A stretch of 60,062 nucleotides of DNA, the filler included, from Sphacelaria rigidula (taxonomy: Eukaryota), in NCBI GenBank assembly GCA_964200075.2. It is 6 parts of 6 records of this genome, joined end to end, with 100 filler letters (N's around TTAATTAATTAA, not from the genome) between each part and the next. Parts side by side here need not be neighbours in the genome. Positions count along the whole stretch, not along the records: positions 40,112 to 50,037 come from CAXNAA020007479.1; positions 50,138 to 60,062 come from CAXNAA020007480.1; 4 more parts are not named here. One strand, written 5' to 3'. Made by a program: the position numbers and the translations under genes. Shown one piece after another: positions 49,001-60,062 of the stretch; position 1 is the first letter of the stretch, and each line of letters starts with the position of its first letter. The notes beneath the pieces were generated by a model, which did no database searches, was not told the origin of the DNA, and saw only the letters and a program-made list of their open reading frames with translations.

Positions 49001-49575
49001 GTCGCCCCGGTGGTTCAGTTGGTAACCTCAAAATTATCTGACAGTTGGGTCGTGGGTTCGAATCTCGGTGCAGTCACACGATCTGGGATTTTTTCTCACA
49101 CCATGCTCAGCAGTGGGGAGCGACTTTATCGTGGGTACGAAAAAATTCGACGTCACGATCGACGAGGGAAGAGGACCGCTGAACCCCTCTCGCGATGAAA
49201 AATAAGGCAAGCACCGCAGGAGGAAGGTGGAGAACTAACGGAAGAGAAAAAACTCCTGCGTTGGCCTTTCTCCTGCGTTAGCCTTCCGCCTGTGTGACCC
49301 CCGCTAAGTCGCTCACATATACGGAAAGGTGTAGACAGGCGTCCAGAATAGATGAGATGACTACGCAACTCACACACATTCAGGTACCTGTTCACGCCAG
49401 CGTGGATCGCCTCTTTGCCTCGCATTGGAGATTACTAATTTGGGGTATCAAAGACAGGTTGTCGGAAAAAGCAACCCGGAGATCGCGCTTACACCATCAA
49501 GTTAGTAGGGGCGGAAACCTTGCGGCCGAATCGAGTACACCCCGACTTCGCAAACGCCAAATGAAGTTTCAACAC
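49001..49575 (+). mobile_element. Putative tRNA-derived SINE
   Basis: Pol III A box TGGTTCAGTTGG (49011-49022) and B box GGTTCGAATCT (49055-49065) at tRNA spacing. No clean acceptor stem is evident, and a non-coding body follows. The 3' end is uncertain and only one copy is in the window. Confidence 0.6.
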
Positions 49576-50037
49576 TTGGAACAACGGGTCCTGACCAATT
49601 CATCTGAACTTTGACCAACATACGGGCTGATGTTGCCCGTTTTTGTTCAACTGTTTCAGTATGTTCAAGACCTCACGAAGAGTCGGATATTTAGTTCATG
49701 ACACGTGCGACTGCGAAAAAAACGTATTCTCAGTATTGGCAAAGTCTCCTATGGAGGTTGGGCCCACGTTGTTTCCAGAGACGGGACAACAGCCGTCCTC
49801 GGGGATGGTATACCTCATTTTGGCCTGTCTAAAACATATGGTGGCACCCCTGGCTATCCAAGGGGTACCTAGTAAGGGTCTCGATGTATCGACGATATCT
49901 CTCTTATGTATAGAAGCATCGTGTCGTCCGCCCGCAAATGTCTAATGCGTCAAATAAGCTTCCCCCCCCCCCCGGATAGTGGCTCGACACAATTGCAGAG
50001 AGAGTTTACTAGAGATGAAGTAAAGGAGTGCGTAGCT

Positions 50038-50137
50038 NNNNNNNNNNNNNNNNNNNNNNNNNNNNNNNNNNNNNNNNNNNNTTAATTAATTAANNNNNNN
50101 NNNNNNNNNNNNNNNNNNNNNNNNNNNNNNNNNNNNN
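50038..50137. other. Artificial contig linker
   Basis: N44-TTAATTAATTAA-N44. Confidence 0.98.
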
Positions 50138-50229
50138 CGTTTCTTCCATACATTACACAAAAACCTTTTACATATCTTATCTCCGTCCTGTTTCGCCGTC
50201 TGTGGCCACCATCTATCTCCAAGTATAGC
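50138..50229 (-). mobile_element. Fragment of the same APE-RT-CCHC LINE family (3' region), cut by the contig end
   Basis: Reverse complement gctatacttggagatagatggtggccacagacggcgaaacaggacgg...aaaaggtttttgtgtaatgtatggaagaaacg aligns with ~12893-12985. Confidence 0.85.
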
Positions 50230-52434
50230 CATCCTTTTCTCCCTATCTTATGCATGAAACGATTCCATGCCACCACATCCCGCATTTCCCCCTTCAGACA
50301 TATATTTCACGATTTCTGTCAAGACAAACACGGATATCTCACAGCCCAGGCAACGAATGGGCACCATTTTCTTCTGTCTTTTTTGGACAAAAGGTTGTGG
50401 GTTAGCACAACTACGATACAGTGGAAGATGACACGGTAACATGAGTAGATCCCCCGACGTTTTCCCTATTCGAAGGACTTCGAGGTGTGACTCCTAGGAA
50501 ACCTCGCTACGTGCGGCCCTCGGGTGTAAGGTTGACTGTCGGCACACGTCGTGCACATCAGTCTCCATCACCGTTTTCAAGTACAAAGACTTACCATCTG
50601 TGCAGGTATTGCAGCGACACCTGCTCGCGCAAGTGCGGCTGATTCGAGCTGTCTTCAATGATACGGCGGGGCCTACTAGCCCGGTGCAAGGCAAGGGCAA
50701 CAACCGTCTGGATTATCGACGTCAATTGTCAGCCGAAAATAGTGGCACGAAAGCAGTCTCTCCCTAAGGGGCGGACGCGCTTGTTGGAAGCTACCCCTCC
50801 TCCGGCCGCCGGGGTGCATCATCCGTTCAAGTGGCATAATTCGTGAGTTGAAAAGTGGATGTGAGACCCAAATCGCCCACCCTAGCAGTGAAAGGGTTAC
50901 TGTAGGTGGCATAACATATCAAATCTGTGCGATGACATTTCGAGCGTGGAACAATGATCACACTGGTGTGAATTGTGTATGGCGTGTGATATCTTCCGTC
51001 ACCGGTGTGATAAAAGTGCACATACAGGACGCCACATGAAGGGGGGTGAAATTCATGGGGTGTGATGATGTCGGTCACGTGACAAAGGGCGCGACGAGGA
51101 TATCCCCACAGTGGGTGTGATGATAATAATGGGGGCGATAGACAGACTTTCCCCCGCAGGGAGTTGAAAAAATGACTCCATGGACCGTGGGGCCGTCGCT
51201 GGAGTCTGACACTGCAGTCTGGGGCACGGAGCTTTCAGCAGGGTTGTGCTTCCATTTTTTTTAAATTATATTGTCGGTCTCCACAGTTGTGGGATGCAGG
51301 TTGCGTGCGCTTGTGTGCATTGTCGAGGTCACGAGTTATTACACCCTCGTGATAAGCCGGGGCTCCGTGGATGATATGTGACTCAACCCAGAAGGTGTGG
51401 TCTCGTTTTGTCACCGTGTGATAAATTAGCGTTTTTTTCGGAATAAAAAAGATAGCACCCGGGTGTGGTATTGCGTATTTTTTTGAAGAGGGATGTGGCA
51501 TCTTATGAAAAAGGGTGATATCTTGAGCAACCAACGGTAATCCTTTCGCGGCCAGGGGAGGCCATCTGGTCACGCAGTATGTTTTCAAGTGAAAGTGATG
51601 CTGATCCGCCTGACGATCTGTGACCGCGGTCGAATGGTTTACCTCTTGACTGCGAGCGTCGCCTGGAAACACTTTCGCCAGCCTCACCCGGCGAGTCCGG
51701 TCGACCCCCGCGAAAAGATCGTAGACCATATGCGTGTTAACGAAGGACCAAATTGTATGTGAATGTATATCTGGAACTCCTCACACGGGTTCACCACAAG
51801 GTCGGGCCCCGCACCCTCAACAATGCCCTGCTGGCCGCTGGTCTCTAAAAAATAATGCAAGCATGGGTCAACTGGAGCATGACGTGTGAGCCGGGCGAGA
51901 TGCCGGCGATCAGCTGAGCCGCAGTTGAGATGGACAACATGTTAATTGCCGAGCATAGGCAGGCTCACCCTCACGCTACAGAACCTCACGCCTACCGAGA
52001 ACCTTTGGGTGAGTGGGGGATAACGTGTTCCATTGCCAACATGTGCATTGCCAAACCTCAAATTTGCGCCTGCGGCACCGAATTAGACAACAATACGTTC
52101 CGCGCACGCCAGGAGCATAGCTAAAAAATCACCCTCCGTACATCGGACCCCAGAATACCCTGACCCCCGCGAATATACCGGGAACCTCGAGTTCGAGATA
52201 CCTCTGTAGTTAGCTGTAAATTGGCGGGCGGAAGCTATTTTAAAGACACTTTCGCTTATTCCCTCTTTCCGCAGTCGGTCTGTGAAAAAAACGTACGCAC
52301 CCGTGGAATTAGATATGGAATACACACCAAGACCTGATAGTTCCGCGGGGGCAAATCCGCCGTCTAGCTATCTCTGCAACCCCAACCTCGAACCATACCA
52401 AGCACACCGTCCAAGCTCTCGTGTGTGGGTTCAA

Positions 52435-52605
52435 CCCCAAGCCTATAACCCCAACCCTCACCCTAACGAGGGCATACCGAGAACGCCAATTTGAGGTCTG
52501 ACAACGCACACATTGCCTAGGGAACACGTTACACCCGCCTTGCCCGAGGGTTCTCGGTATGCCTTCGTTGGGGTGTGAGTGAGGGTTGGGGTTATAGGCT
52601 TGGGG
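52435..52605. repeat. Hairpin with ~50-bp near-perfect arms
   Basis: 52435-52484 (ccccaagcctataaccccaaccctcaccctaacgagggcataccgagaac) pairs with 52550-52605, with a small bulge and a 65-nt loop. Confidence 0.85.
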
Positions 52606-54295
52606 TCACAGGTTTTGAAGTCATGAATTTATGAAATAGTTCTCACACCCACCAAGTGCTGAACAAACCTCAGGGTTCGGAAGCACAACGAAAAACAGTA
52701 CATCGTGTTTACAGTAACAACTGTAGACGACGTGCCCTACTCTTGTCTCGAAAGCGATTCGGACCCGTCGATCAAGTGTTGGGTTCGGCGTGGTTTGGGG
52801 AAAGATTCTTTGCGCACTGGGAGTAAACCACACCGCGATTCTCTAGACGTTAGATTTTGATATGTGACCTTTCAGCACAGGTTTGTTCAAAGTAACAAAT
52901 AAGTACGACGAAGGTTCTGCAGAGTTCAGCCCTACCCTTGTCATGGGGGCGTTTTCGGCCCGCGAACTGGGTGTTGGGTCGTTGGGCTCGGCGTGGATCG
53001 GGGAACTTTTTTTTCGCAAACTGGGAGGAAACCAGATGATTCGTGCGATTCTCCGGACGCTGAATTATGATATAGACACATGTTTGTGCAGATTAAAGCA
53101 TCAAACATGTAAGTGTATACGGACAATGGAGACGAAGGACGCATCACCCACAGGATGGCGAGGGCTTAAAATTGAAATCATCGCGGGAAAGAGTATGCTG
53201 TGTTCGCAGACAATACCCTCCGCGGCGAAATTGCCACCGTATTACGCCCTGCGATGAGCGATAGGCGCTGGCATGGGTTCTTGAGAGTTCAGCCCCACTT
53301 TTGTCTAGAGGGCGATTTTGGCCCGTGGATTGGATGTTGGGCCCGGCGTACACCAGGGAAAATTTATTTGACCACTGGGAAGAAACTGGATCATTTGTGC
53401 GTTTCTCTAAAAGTTGGCTTTTTATATATTACCTTTTCGCCGAAACTTATGCAACACAACAACGGAGTATGTAATGTATACTGTACAGAGCAGTGAGGGC
53501 CTGAACACAGCACAGTGTGGTCAAATTCGTGATCGCAGTATACCAGTATAGGGTCCCACAACAGTGCAGTCAATTGTAAAAGGTTGGTAATCCACCGCAC
53601 CCTGGTCAGAGCCCAAACTGTGCTGTACGCAACGAACAGGCCTATGCTGAATAATCGAGTTTGAATCTGTGCAGCTGCTGCTGTGCCATGTGTTCAACAA
53701 GACAAATCTGGACAACAGTGGTGGGGCAGAGGTATACAACAGTAAAATAGGTTCTGATGGATTGGTATACTTGATGTGTGGTTGGTGCAAGAGTCTCGTG
53801 GTTGTTGTGTTGTGTTGTGTTTGTTTTTGGGCAAGGATGGAGCACATTGTGGTGACATGCCAAACGTCAGCGTTCAGGATTTGTGTTCACTTTTTGTGCT
53901 GTATGGTGTTTGATCCCGTATACGTTTTGCGCGGTCATTGCGGCTTCGGCCGTCTGCTTGTTTGTGGGGGACAACACAGTGGTGGTATCTGAGTTTTGCG
54001 GATCGGGGACGTATCGCCTGATCAGATAATGACTTGCTATCGGATAACATCGAATGATTGAACCCTGAGGACCCCACCAAGCAAAAATGTGTTTTACTGC
54101 CTGGTTGTTGACACGAAGCATGACGCATCACATCAGATTTAACCAGCACGGAAACGAAGACGTGCAGTCATACAAGTAGCCGGTCGCACACCACATCAGT
54201 GATCTCAAGAAAAAAACAGAGGTGGTACGCAGTGCAGCACACTACAGCACATCACAGCACGCAGCACAACACAGGCAGACAGCGCCGTAGTTACC

Positions 54296-54499
54296 TGTCC
54301 TTTTAGCCGCCAACATGGGTCATCTGTTGAATCGATATCAACTTCCCGTGGAACAGTAGTACATGACCCGGATGACCTTTCGTACAGTGGCGGTTAACCC
54401 TAAGACCGCGAGGTTAGTCTTCTGTTGAATCGGCATCAACTTCAAGTGAAACAAAGTATTCATGATCCAGCAAGACTAATCTCGCGGTCTAACGGTTAA
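54296..54499 (-). mobile_element. piggyBac-type MITE (54398-54495, TTAA on both sides) plus adjacent diverged copy (~54296-54393)
   Basis: TTAA|ccctaagaccgcgaggttagtctt...aagactaatctcgcggtctaacgg|TTAA. The neighbour shares the internal gaagttgatatcgattcaacagatg motif on the minus strand. Confidence 0.8.
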
Positions 54500-55224
54500 A
54501 CGGATAAATAACGGTATAGTAAAACATACAAAACCGAAGGGCCGTGGGGACCTTCCCATCAAATAGTGCTATACCTCGAGCACAGCCATACGAAATTTCT
54601 TGGAAAATGTTTCGCATGGAGGGGATAAAGAAACTTACAGGCGCTTGGAATTCGGTCTCATGACTCGAAACACCGAGGAACGGTCTGCTCTGAATCTAGA
54701 ATTTAGTATGTAGGTGCATGTCTAAATAAAAAGTAAAAAGCTGTTGGAGGCTGTCTCAGACCTGTCGCTCTTTATTGGAAGGTTTCTGCTGCCTGTAGCG
54801 CCTGCGGCAAAAACTACGATGGCGTAAGATGAAAGCAGTATTTTCACCGTCTCGGTGTACTCCGAAAGCCCCAGCCCCTCAAGGCCTTCATCAGGCTATC
54901 GTAGCGCACGTAGCCGACAAGAGTAGCTGGCTAGTTGCTGAAACGGGCAGTTGTACTTTCAACTTCGGAGTAATTTACGGCACAGGAAGCGTTGACGTTA
55001 TCCGTCGTTCTCGAACCTTTGACTTGGGTAGGTCGCAGCTGGAATATAAAACAAATATTTTCTCTCATGACGATGGAAACAAATGGAATGACACCATCAT
55101 CATATACTTGTAATCGTCACCCAAAGATCATCCCAGAACAGTGTTGTCCCTCAAACGACATGTCCTTCGTGAGGGCGAGAAAAATCAGTCGGTGTAGGTG
55201 GCTGAAGAAAGACAGCAGCTACCC

Positions 55225-55482
55225 TCACCCACCCGTGGTTCGCCAGACGCGGCAAACTTCGAACTAGAGTCAGAATGCTCGGGATGCTCCGAAATTTGTC
55301 ACGTCGTGCGGGACCACCCTATCAACGAATTCATGACTTTGAACTGGCGCGAGCCGGATCATTCCGTGTCTACAGGATAAATATGCGTCACCCCCGCCGG
55401 CTGTTATATCGCCAGACGCGGCCAACACCGAAGGATCCAGGAAACGAAGAATGCTCCGAATTTGTCAGGTCGTGTGAGGCCA
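55225..55482 (+). repeat. Diverged ~95-bp direct repeat pair
   Basis: tcgccagacgcggc.aac...atgctccgaa(a)tttgtca.gtcgtg at ~55240-55310 and ~55408-55475. Confidence 0.65.
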
Positions 55483-55759
55483 CGACACCAATGGGCCTAG
55501 CTCCTTGACGCCAGGGTGGGCGATCTGTGTACAGCACTGTACTGTATCGGTGGAAACTGATGCCGATTCGACACATGACCTACCATGACTATCGGTGAAA
55601 GGGTTGAAGGAAACAATTACTGGCCTCAAAGGGTTGATGTCACCATGCTTTCGTGCTCTGCCCGTCTGATGCATAGCAAAACACACTTTGCCAAGTGCAC
55701 TCCACGCATCTCTTTTCACCAAAGGTTTTCAGTTTGCCTCTAGTTGGGGTTAGGCTTAA

Positions 55760-55857
55760 CCCTTAGACCACGAGGGCAGTCCATCCGGATCGTGCATATT
55801 TCTTCCAGGTAAAAATCTTGCCGATTCAACAGATGGCCTACTAGCGCCGTCTAATGA
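55760..55857 (+). mobile_element. Diverged piggyBac-type MITE copy
   Basis: TTAA|cccttagaccacgag...gatcgtgcata...tgccgattcaacagatg...gtctaa. Confidence 0.65.
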
Positions 55858-56773
55858 ATTAGAGACGGTTTTGACAAAAATCAAGGAAGCAGTGAAGTGC
55901 AAGGGAAAGTCAGCCTATTTCAGTGTGTGATTGTAGTATCTAACTATTGTTGTCTGTACATCGTTTATAACAGTACCGACCGCGATATACTTTACTGAAA
56001 TTCATCGGTGTCGCGCTTTGATTAATGGATATATAGTCCACAATGAAGTAAACCTAACCATGGTCGGTCAGCATATGTACTTGAACCATTATATTGTCTG
56101 TAAAACATATGCCGTTCAAGTACTCTCGTCAAAAACACCTTGAAAACATGAGAATGGTTCCAGAAGAGAGGGAGACGGAGGGAAGGAAGAAGCATGAGAA
56201 CACGGGAGAAGTGGATAAAAGATTGACCGCGTCAAAGATTTGAGCACTTCAGGGGGAAGAAATCTTCATGGTTTCTCTTTGGTAAGGGGGCCTTTCCATT
56301 GCTCGTCAAATTCCAGGACTGGTATCTTGTAAGGTGAAACGCTTCAGAAGAATACATCCGCCCTATTCTTACAGAATATAGCTCTCACGGGAACTGTTGT
56401 GCCCTGTGGAAACGCCCGTCAGCGTCGTGATCGTTGGGTATGATATACTCTTGTTACCCTCATAGTTTCGTATCTCCGTCAGAGCCGTGGACCGGGGTAG
56501 CGCCGGTGGTGCTACAGCACAGCACTGTACTCATCATCTTCTACGGCAGCTAGACTATAATGTACAGGACTGACAACGCCGCTGATCAGTCTACGCCGAT
56601 ACTGGAAATGTGGTGATCGGCGCGGTGGGGTGGCTACCTGCACCATCAGCACACTAACGTTATTTTCACTCACCTGTGCTGAACCGTACTGGGCGCTTTA
56701 GCATGAAACCAATACCGTACACAAAGCAACGCACTCCCACTGAACACAAGAGTATCTTCAATGACCAACTCAC

Positions 56774-57835
56774 CGCTCCACCATCAAGTGCCGCGTGGTT
56801 GGACTCCATCTGCGTTCCGCCAGTTAACACAGCCGAAGCGGCACACATGGCCCCACCAAACCCTGGAGTGGTGTTGTTCCGAAATGTGCAATCATCCAAA
56901 AGGACTGGTTGGCTTGATTCTCCTGCATAAATGGCGCCACCAGACAGCTGGGCATAGTTGAGATCAAATGTGCAGCCCCTTATCTCCACCACTGCCTGCG
57001 ACAGGGCCAAGGCACCGCCTCCTTCTAACCAGTCCCATGGCGGGGCAATCGTATCAGTCACGGGGACCTCAGTCGAAGCATTATTGCTCTCGAAAATGGA
57101 GTTGGCGAGGGTTATGGTTTTGTCGCTGCCCTCCGAGGCGGTGTTTTCAGGCGCCCCCAACCCGAAAATCGCTCCTCCCTCCTCCGCCTTGTTCTTCTCG
57201 AATACAGCTCCGTCCGATACGTCCAGGGTCGCGTTCACTATCCTCACAGCACCGCCTCTCTTCGAAGCAACGTTACCCGAAAATTTACCCCCCACGATGA
57301 TTACACTCCCGCCGTCCGCCCAGACGCCGCCACCATCACCACTGGTGGCTTCATTGCCGTCAAGCACGCAGTCTTCCAGGGTGACGGCACCCGAAGACCG
57401 GATCGCTCCTCCCTCTGTGTCCTTTCCACCGCGTAACGTCAACGCGGTGATCTGCAATCCACCGCCCGCGGACACTGAGAATAGTCGAGACCCAGTAGCA
57501 GCGCCCACAACCGTGGCTGTGTCATCTTGTCCTGAGAGAGACAGGAACGTACCCGCCCCGATGCCGATCGTGGCATCCAATGTGACAGAGCCGGCCCACA
57601 CGGCTTCCACCTGGCCTCCTCCGCTACAGTTGACTGCTACCTGGAGAGCCTGTGCCGCGGCAACGTCTGTCACTTCGATGGGCGTAGTAGAACTGCTACC
57701 ACACTGTGCCCACACCAAAAACCGGTATGTGCTATTTGGGGCGGCTAAGAGTGCCATGAGTGGCAGTAGCAGTCGCCGTGATGGTGCCAGGGTACTTGAG
57801 GTTACGTCCCAGAGGCCACGGCGTCGCTTCATCAT
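56774..57835 (-). CDS. Adhesin-like / polymorphic outer membrane protein (Pmp)-repeat beta-helix protein, first exon
   Basis: ATG at 57835 to donor GCG|gtgagt at 56773, 354 codons. N-terminal hydrophobic signal-like stretch, then repeated FxxNxA...GGA(I/V/L) motifs (GGAIRS, FSGNVASKRGGAV, FEKNKAEEGGAIF, FDLNYAQLSGGAIY, FRNNTTPGFGGAM). Downstream exons were not found. Confidence 0.85.
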
Positions 57836-60062
57836 TCGTTCTGTTGGAGACGTCGACCGGAATCTGCTACGCGAAAGTTGAAGGTAATCAGAGTGCGTGT
57901 TCGAGGTATAGTTTGCATGATGATGAGGGGTGCAGGAGGGGTTGGTGTGTGTGCCATGTATTTGGAATGTGGTTGCCTCACCAGCTGTTGAATATCAACT
58001 TACAATTAGCGAACCCGATGTGATCTGTACACGATGCGTAGTTTGAAAATGGTTGGCGCTTTATTTTGTGATACAATATATATCTTCAGTATGTGCGTAG
58101 ATGTAGCAAACGACAGCACACAGAAGAGGATCGGAAGTGCCTACTTCCGATACATTGATCACCGTTGTTACCGGGGGTCTGGGGGATAGAATAAGCAATA
58201 AGACATGTAATCGAGGACATACGAGACGGGGAAGTGATACTAGAGGATGGGCATATTCAAAGTTAGTGAAAACGCAACAACACCACAGTCCTCGATAAAC
58301 TTACTGCTCTCTTCACGTGTTGCCACAACATCTTGACCCTAACGCTGTGGCTGACTTCTTTCGTGTATCTGGGATAAACTTGCCCGTAGGACATATTCAA
58401 AGCTCGCAGTTGCTGGACCACAGCATTTCAGTGGAGTGTAGGATACAGAGTAGGTAAACGTGACTGTACGAGAGCATCGTCTGCTGTATGATACAATAGA
58501 CAGTTGGAACACTTGTGAAAACATCTACTCTGTTCCCACGTGTATTGAGCGGCTGAAATAGCTACCGCGAGTACTCAGCTCCGACACACGCGAAGTCACA
58601 GCACAGTGCAGAACGAGAAATAGTGATGGATTACGCATATGAATTGCTTGTCAGATATGTATATGTAGGTCCAGTCCGCCCGAAAAACGGCCTCTCGTTC
58701 GGGCAGGTAGTGGCAGGTGCGCTGAAAACCAAAATGATAAAATGATCGGGGAGTTGTGGTGACCACTTTTGTAATCCACAAAAAAAATGGTGATGTGGAA
58801 CAACGCCAGCTCGATGAACAACTGGGACAGCGTCGACTCCCCAAGCATTTCCACTCGTCTTGTCAGCATTACAGGAAGGACTGCACCCCTGCATGCGGGA
58901 CATACCTTGTACGCACGGGCACCGACCGCATTCACTGTGGAAAGCCGTCGCTGCAAAAGGCAGCTTTTCTCAAAGGGGAAGACAAACAAACTCGATAACA
59001 CAGGCGACAAGACAAAGAACCTTCTGTAATGGCCGATAATATACAGTAGTACACTCCAGCGATGACATCTCCGATCAAATTACATGTGGCCAAACCGTGT
59101 CTCGCAAGCCCCACCCCGTCCGCGTCACCTTTAAAAATGAAGATTGGGAAAATCCTTGGTGTGCCCACCTCTGCGTTCGCTTTCGAGCAGGCTTCACGTT
59201 CACTCCTAGAGACACCCGGGGATTTGGCTTGCCATCACGACGCCACGCTGGAGGAGTAAAGAAAATAAATTGGGGCTGCAAATGTTCGCGTATAAGGGTG
59301 GGTCTTGAGATATATTTTCGCAAAACAAAACTATAGCGAAATCCAAGACGAAACTGTTGCAATTTAGAATTTATTTTCAATTACACAGTGCAGACGGACC
59401 CCGACGCCTCCATGAGTTTTATATATACTTGGGTTTAGTATGAAACGGAGTTGTTCATTCTTCATGCTTGGTACTTATTTTTTTCTTTTTTCTCTACTTT
59501 TTCTCCATGAAAGTGAAATTACCCCGTGGTGATTGGATGCGACAGATCGGGTCGATGTCACACATCGTCGGTGAGATGACAGTCGAGACCAGTCGAGACC
59601 GATGATAACTATGTCAACCACAACTCTGACGTCATACGAGAGGGAAAACCAGGGGCGACCATATATTGCGAATACTGTGTACAGATCGCAACTGCGACCT
59701 GTGTACCAACAGCAGTGACGTGATATAGAGACGAGGTCTAGGTGACCTTCAGGGTTCTCCTATCGCAGAGTACAGGAGAGAGGAGCGGCAACCTCCGTAA
59801 CTGTGATTTGCTCAGGACATGGCATGGGTGCAATGGACGGTGCATTTAGGGGGGATAGAACGCAGTATCTCAGATTTATGTAGACTACGGTCCGACAGCA
59901 ACTGTCAGTTTACCGACAGCCGACGCCCGCCCGGACCTGCCCCTACGACCGGTACACACAGCAGTGTAATTCAATTGCAAAATAAAGAAGAGATCACACA
60001 AGGGGGCTGCGAGCTGGGCCAGCCTAAAAACGGATTTAAGCTCTAAAAGCAATATCTCATCG

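Noticed and set aside
49001-49080. Functional tRNA gene
   Set aside because: A/B boxes are present but I see no convincing acceptor or anticodon stems; better explained as a SINE head.
51235-51729. ORF beginning MVYDLFAGVD…QDIT resembling C5 DNA methyltransferase motif I
   Set aside because: No FxGxGG, no correctly placed catalytic PCQ and no ENV motif in the frames I checked; likely a chance match.

Overview
Eukaryotic, intron-rich genomic DNA, most likely from a brown alga (Phaeophyceae); this is inferred from gene content and exon/intron style. The window is not one locus. It is six size-sorted contigs of about 9.93 kb (1-9928, 10029-19956, 20057-29984, 30085-40011, 40112-50037, 50138-60062) joined by artificial N44-TTAATTAATTAA-N44 linkers. 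Host genes reconstructed by hand from GT-AG splice sites: an HSF-domain transcription factor (3' part), a PPR protein (3' part), exon 1 of an RluA-type pseudouridine synthase head-to-head with a complete 7-exon USP30-like deubiquitinase, the last two exons of SYS1, a 7-exon PPP1R42/LRRC67-like LRR protein, and exon 1 of a Pmp-repeat adhesin-like protein. Introns and intergenic DNA hold decayed LINEs (APE-RT-CCHC and RTE-like), a tRNA-headed SINE, a ~97-bp TTAA-flanked piggyBac-type MITE family, foldback elements and tandem repeats. The most interesting signal is a putative retroposon pair. The APE-RT-CCHC LINE and a ~560-bp non-coding element (3 copies) share a 3'-terminal ~80-90 nt with a conserved stem-loop. 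Both end in ATGAGTAC(A/G) followed by C-rich sequence instead of poly(A). A 46-bp copy of that tail sits between perfect 16-bp target-site duplications.
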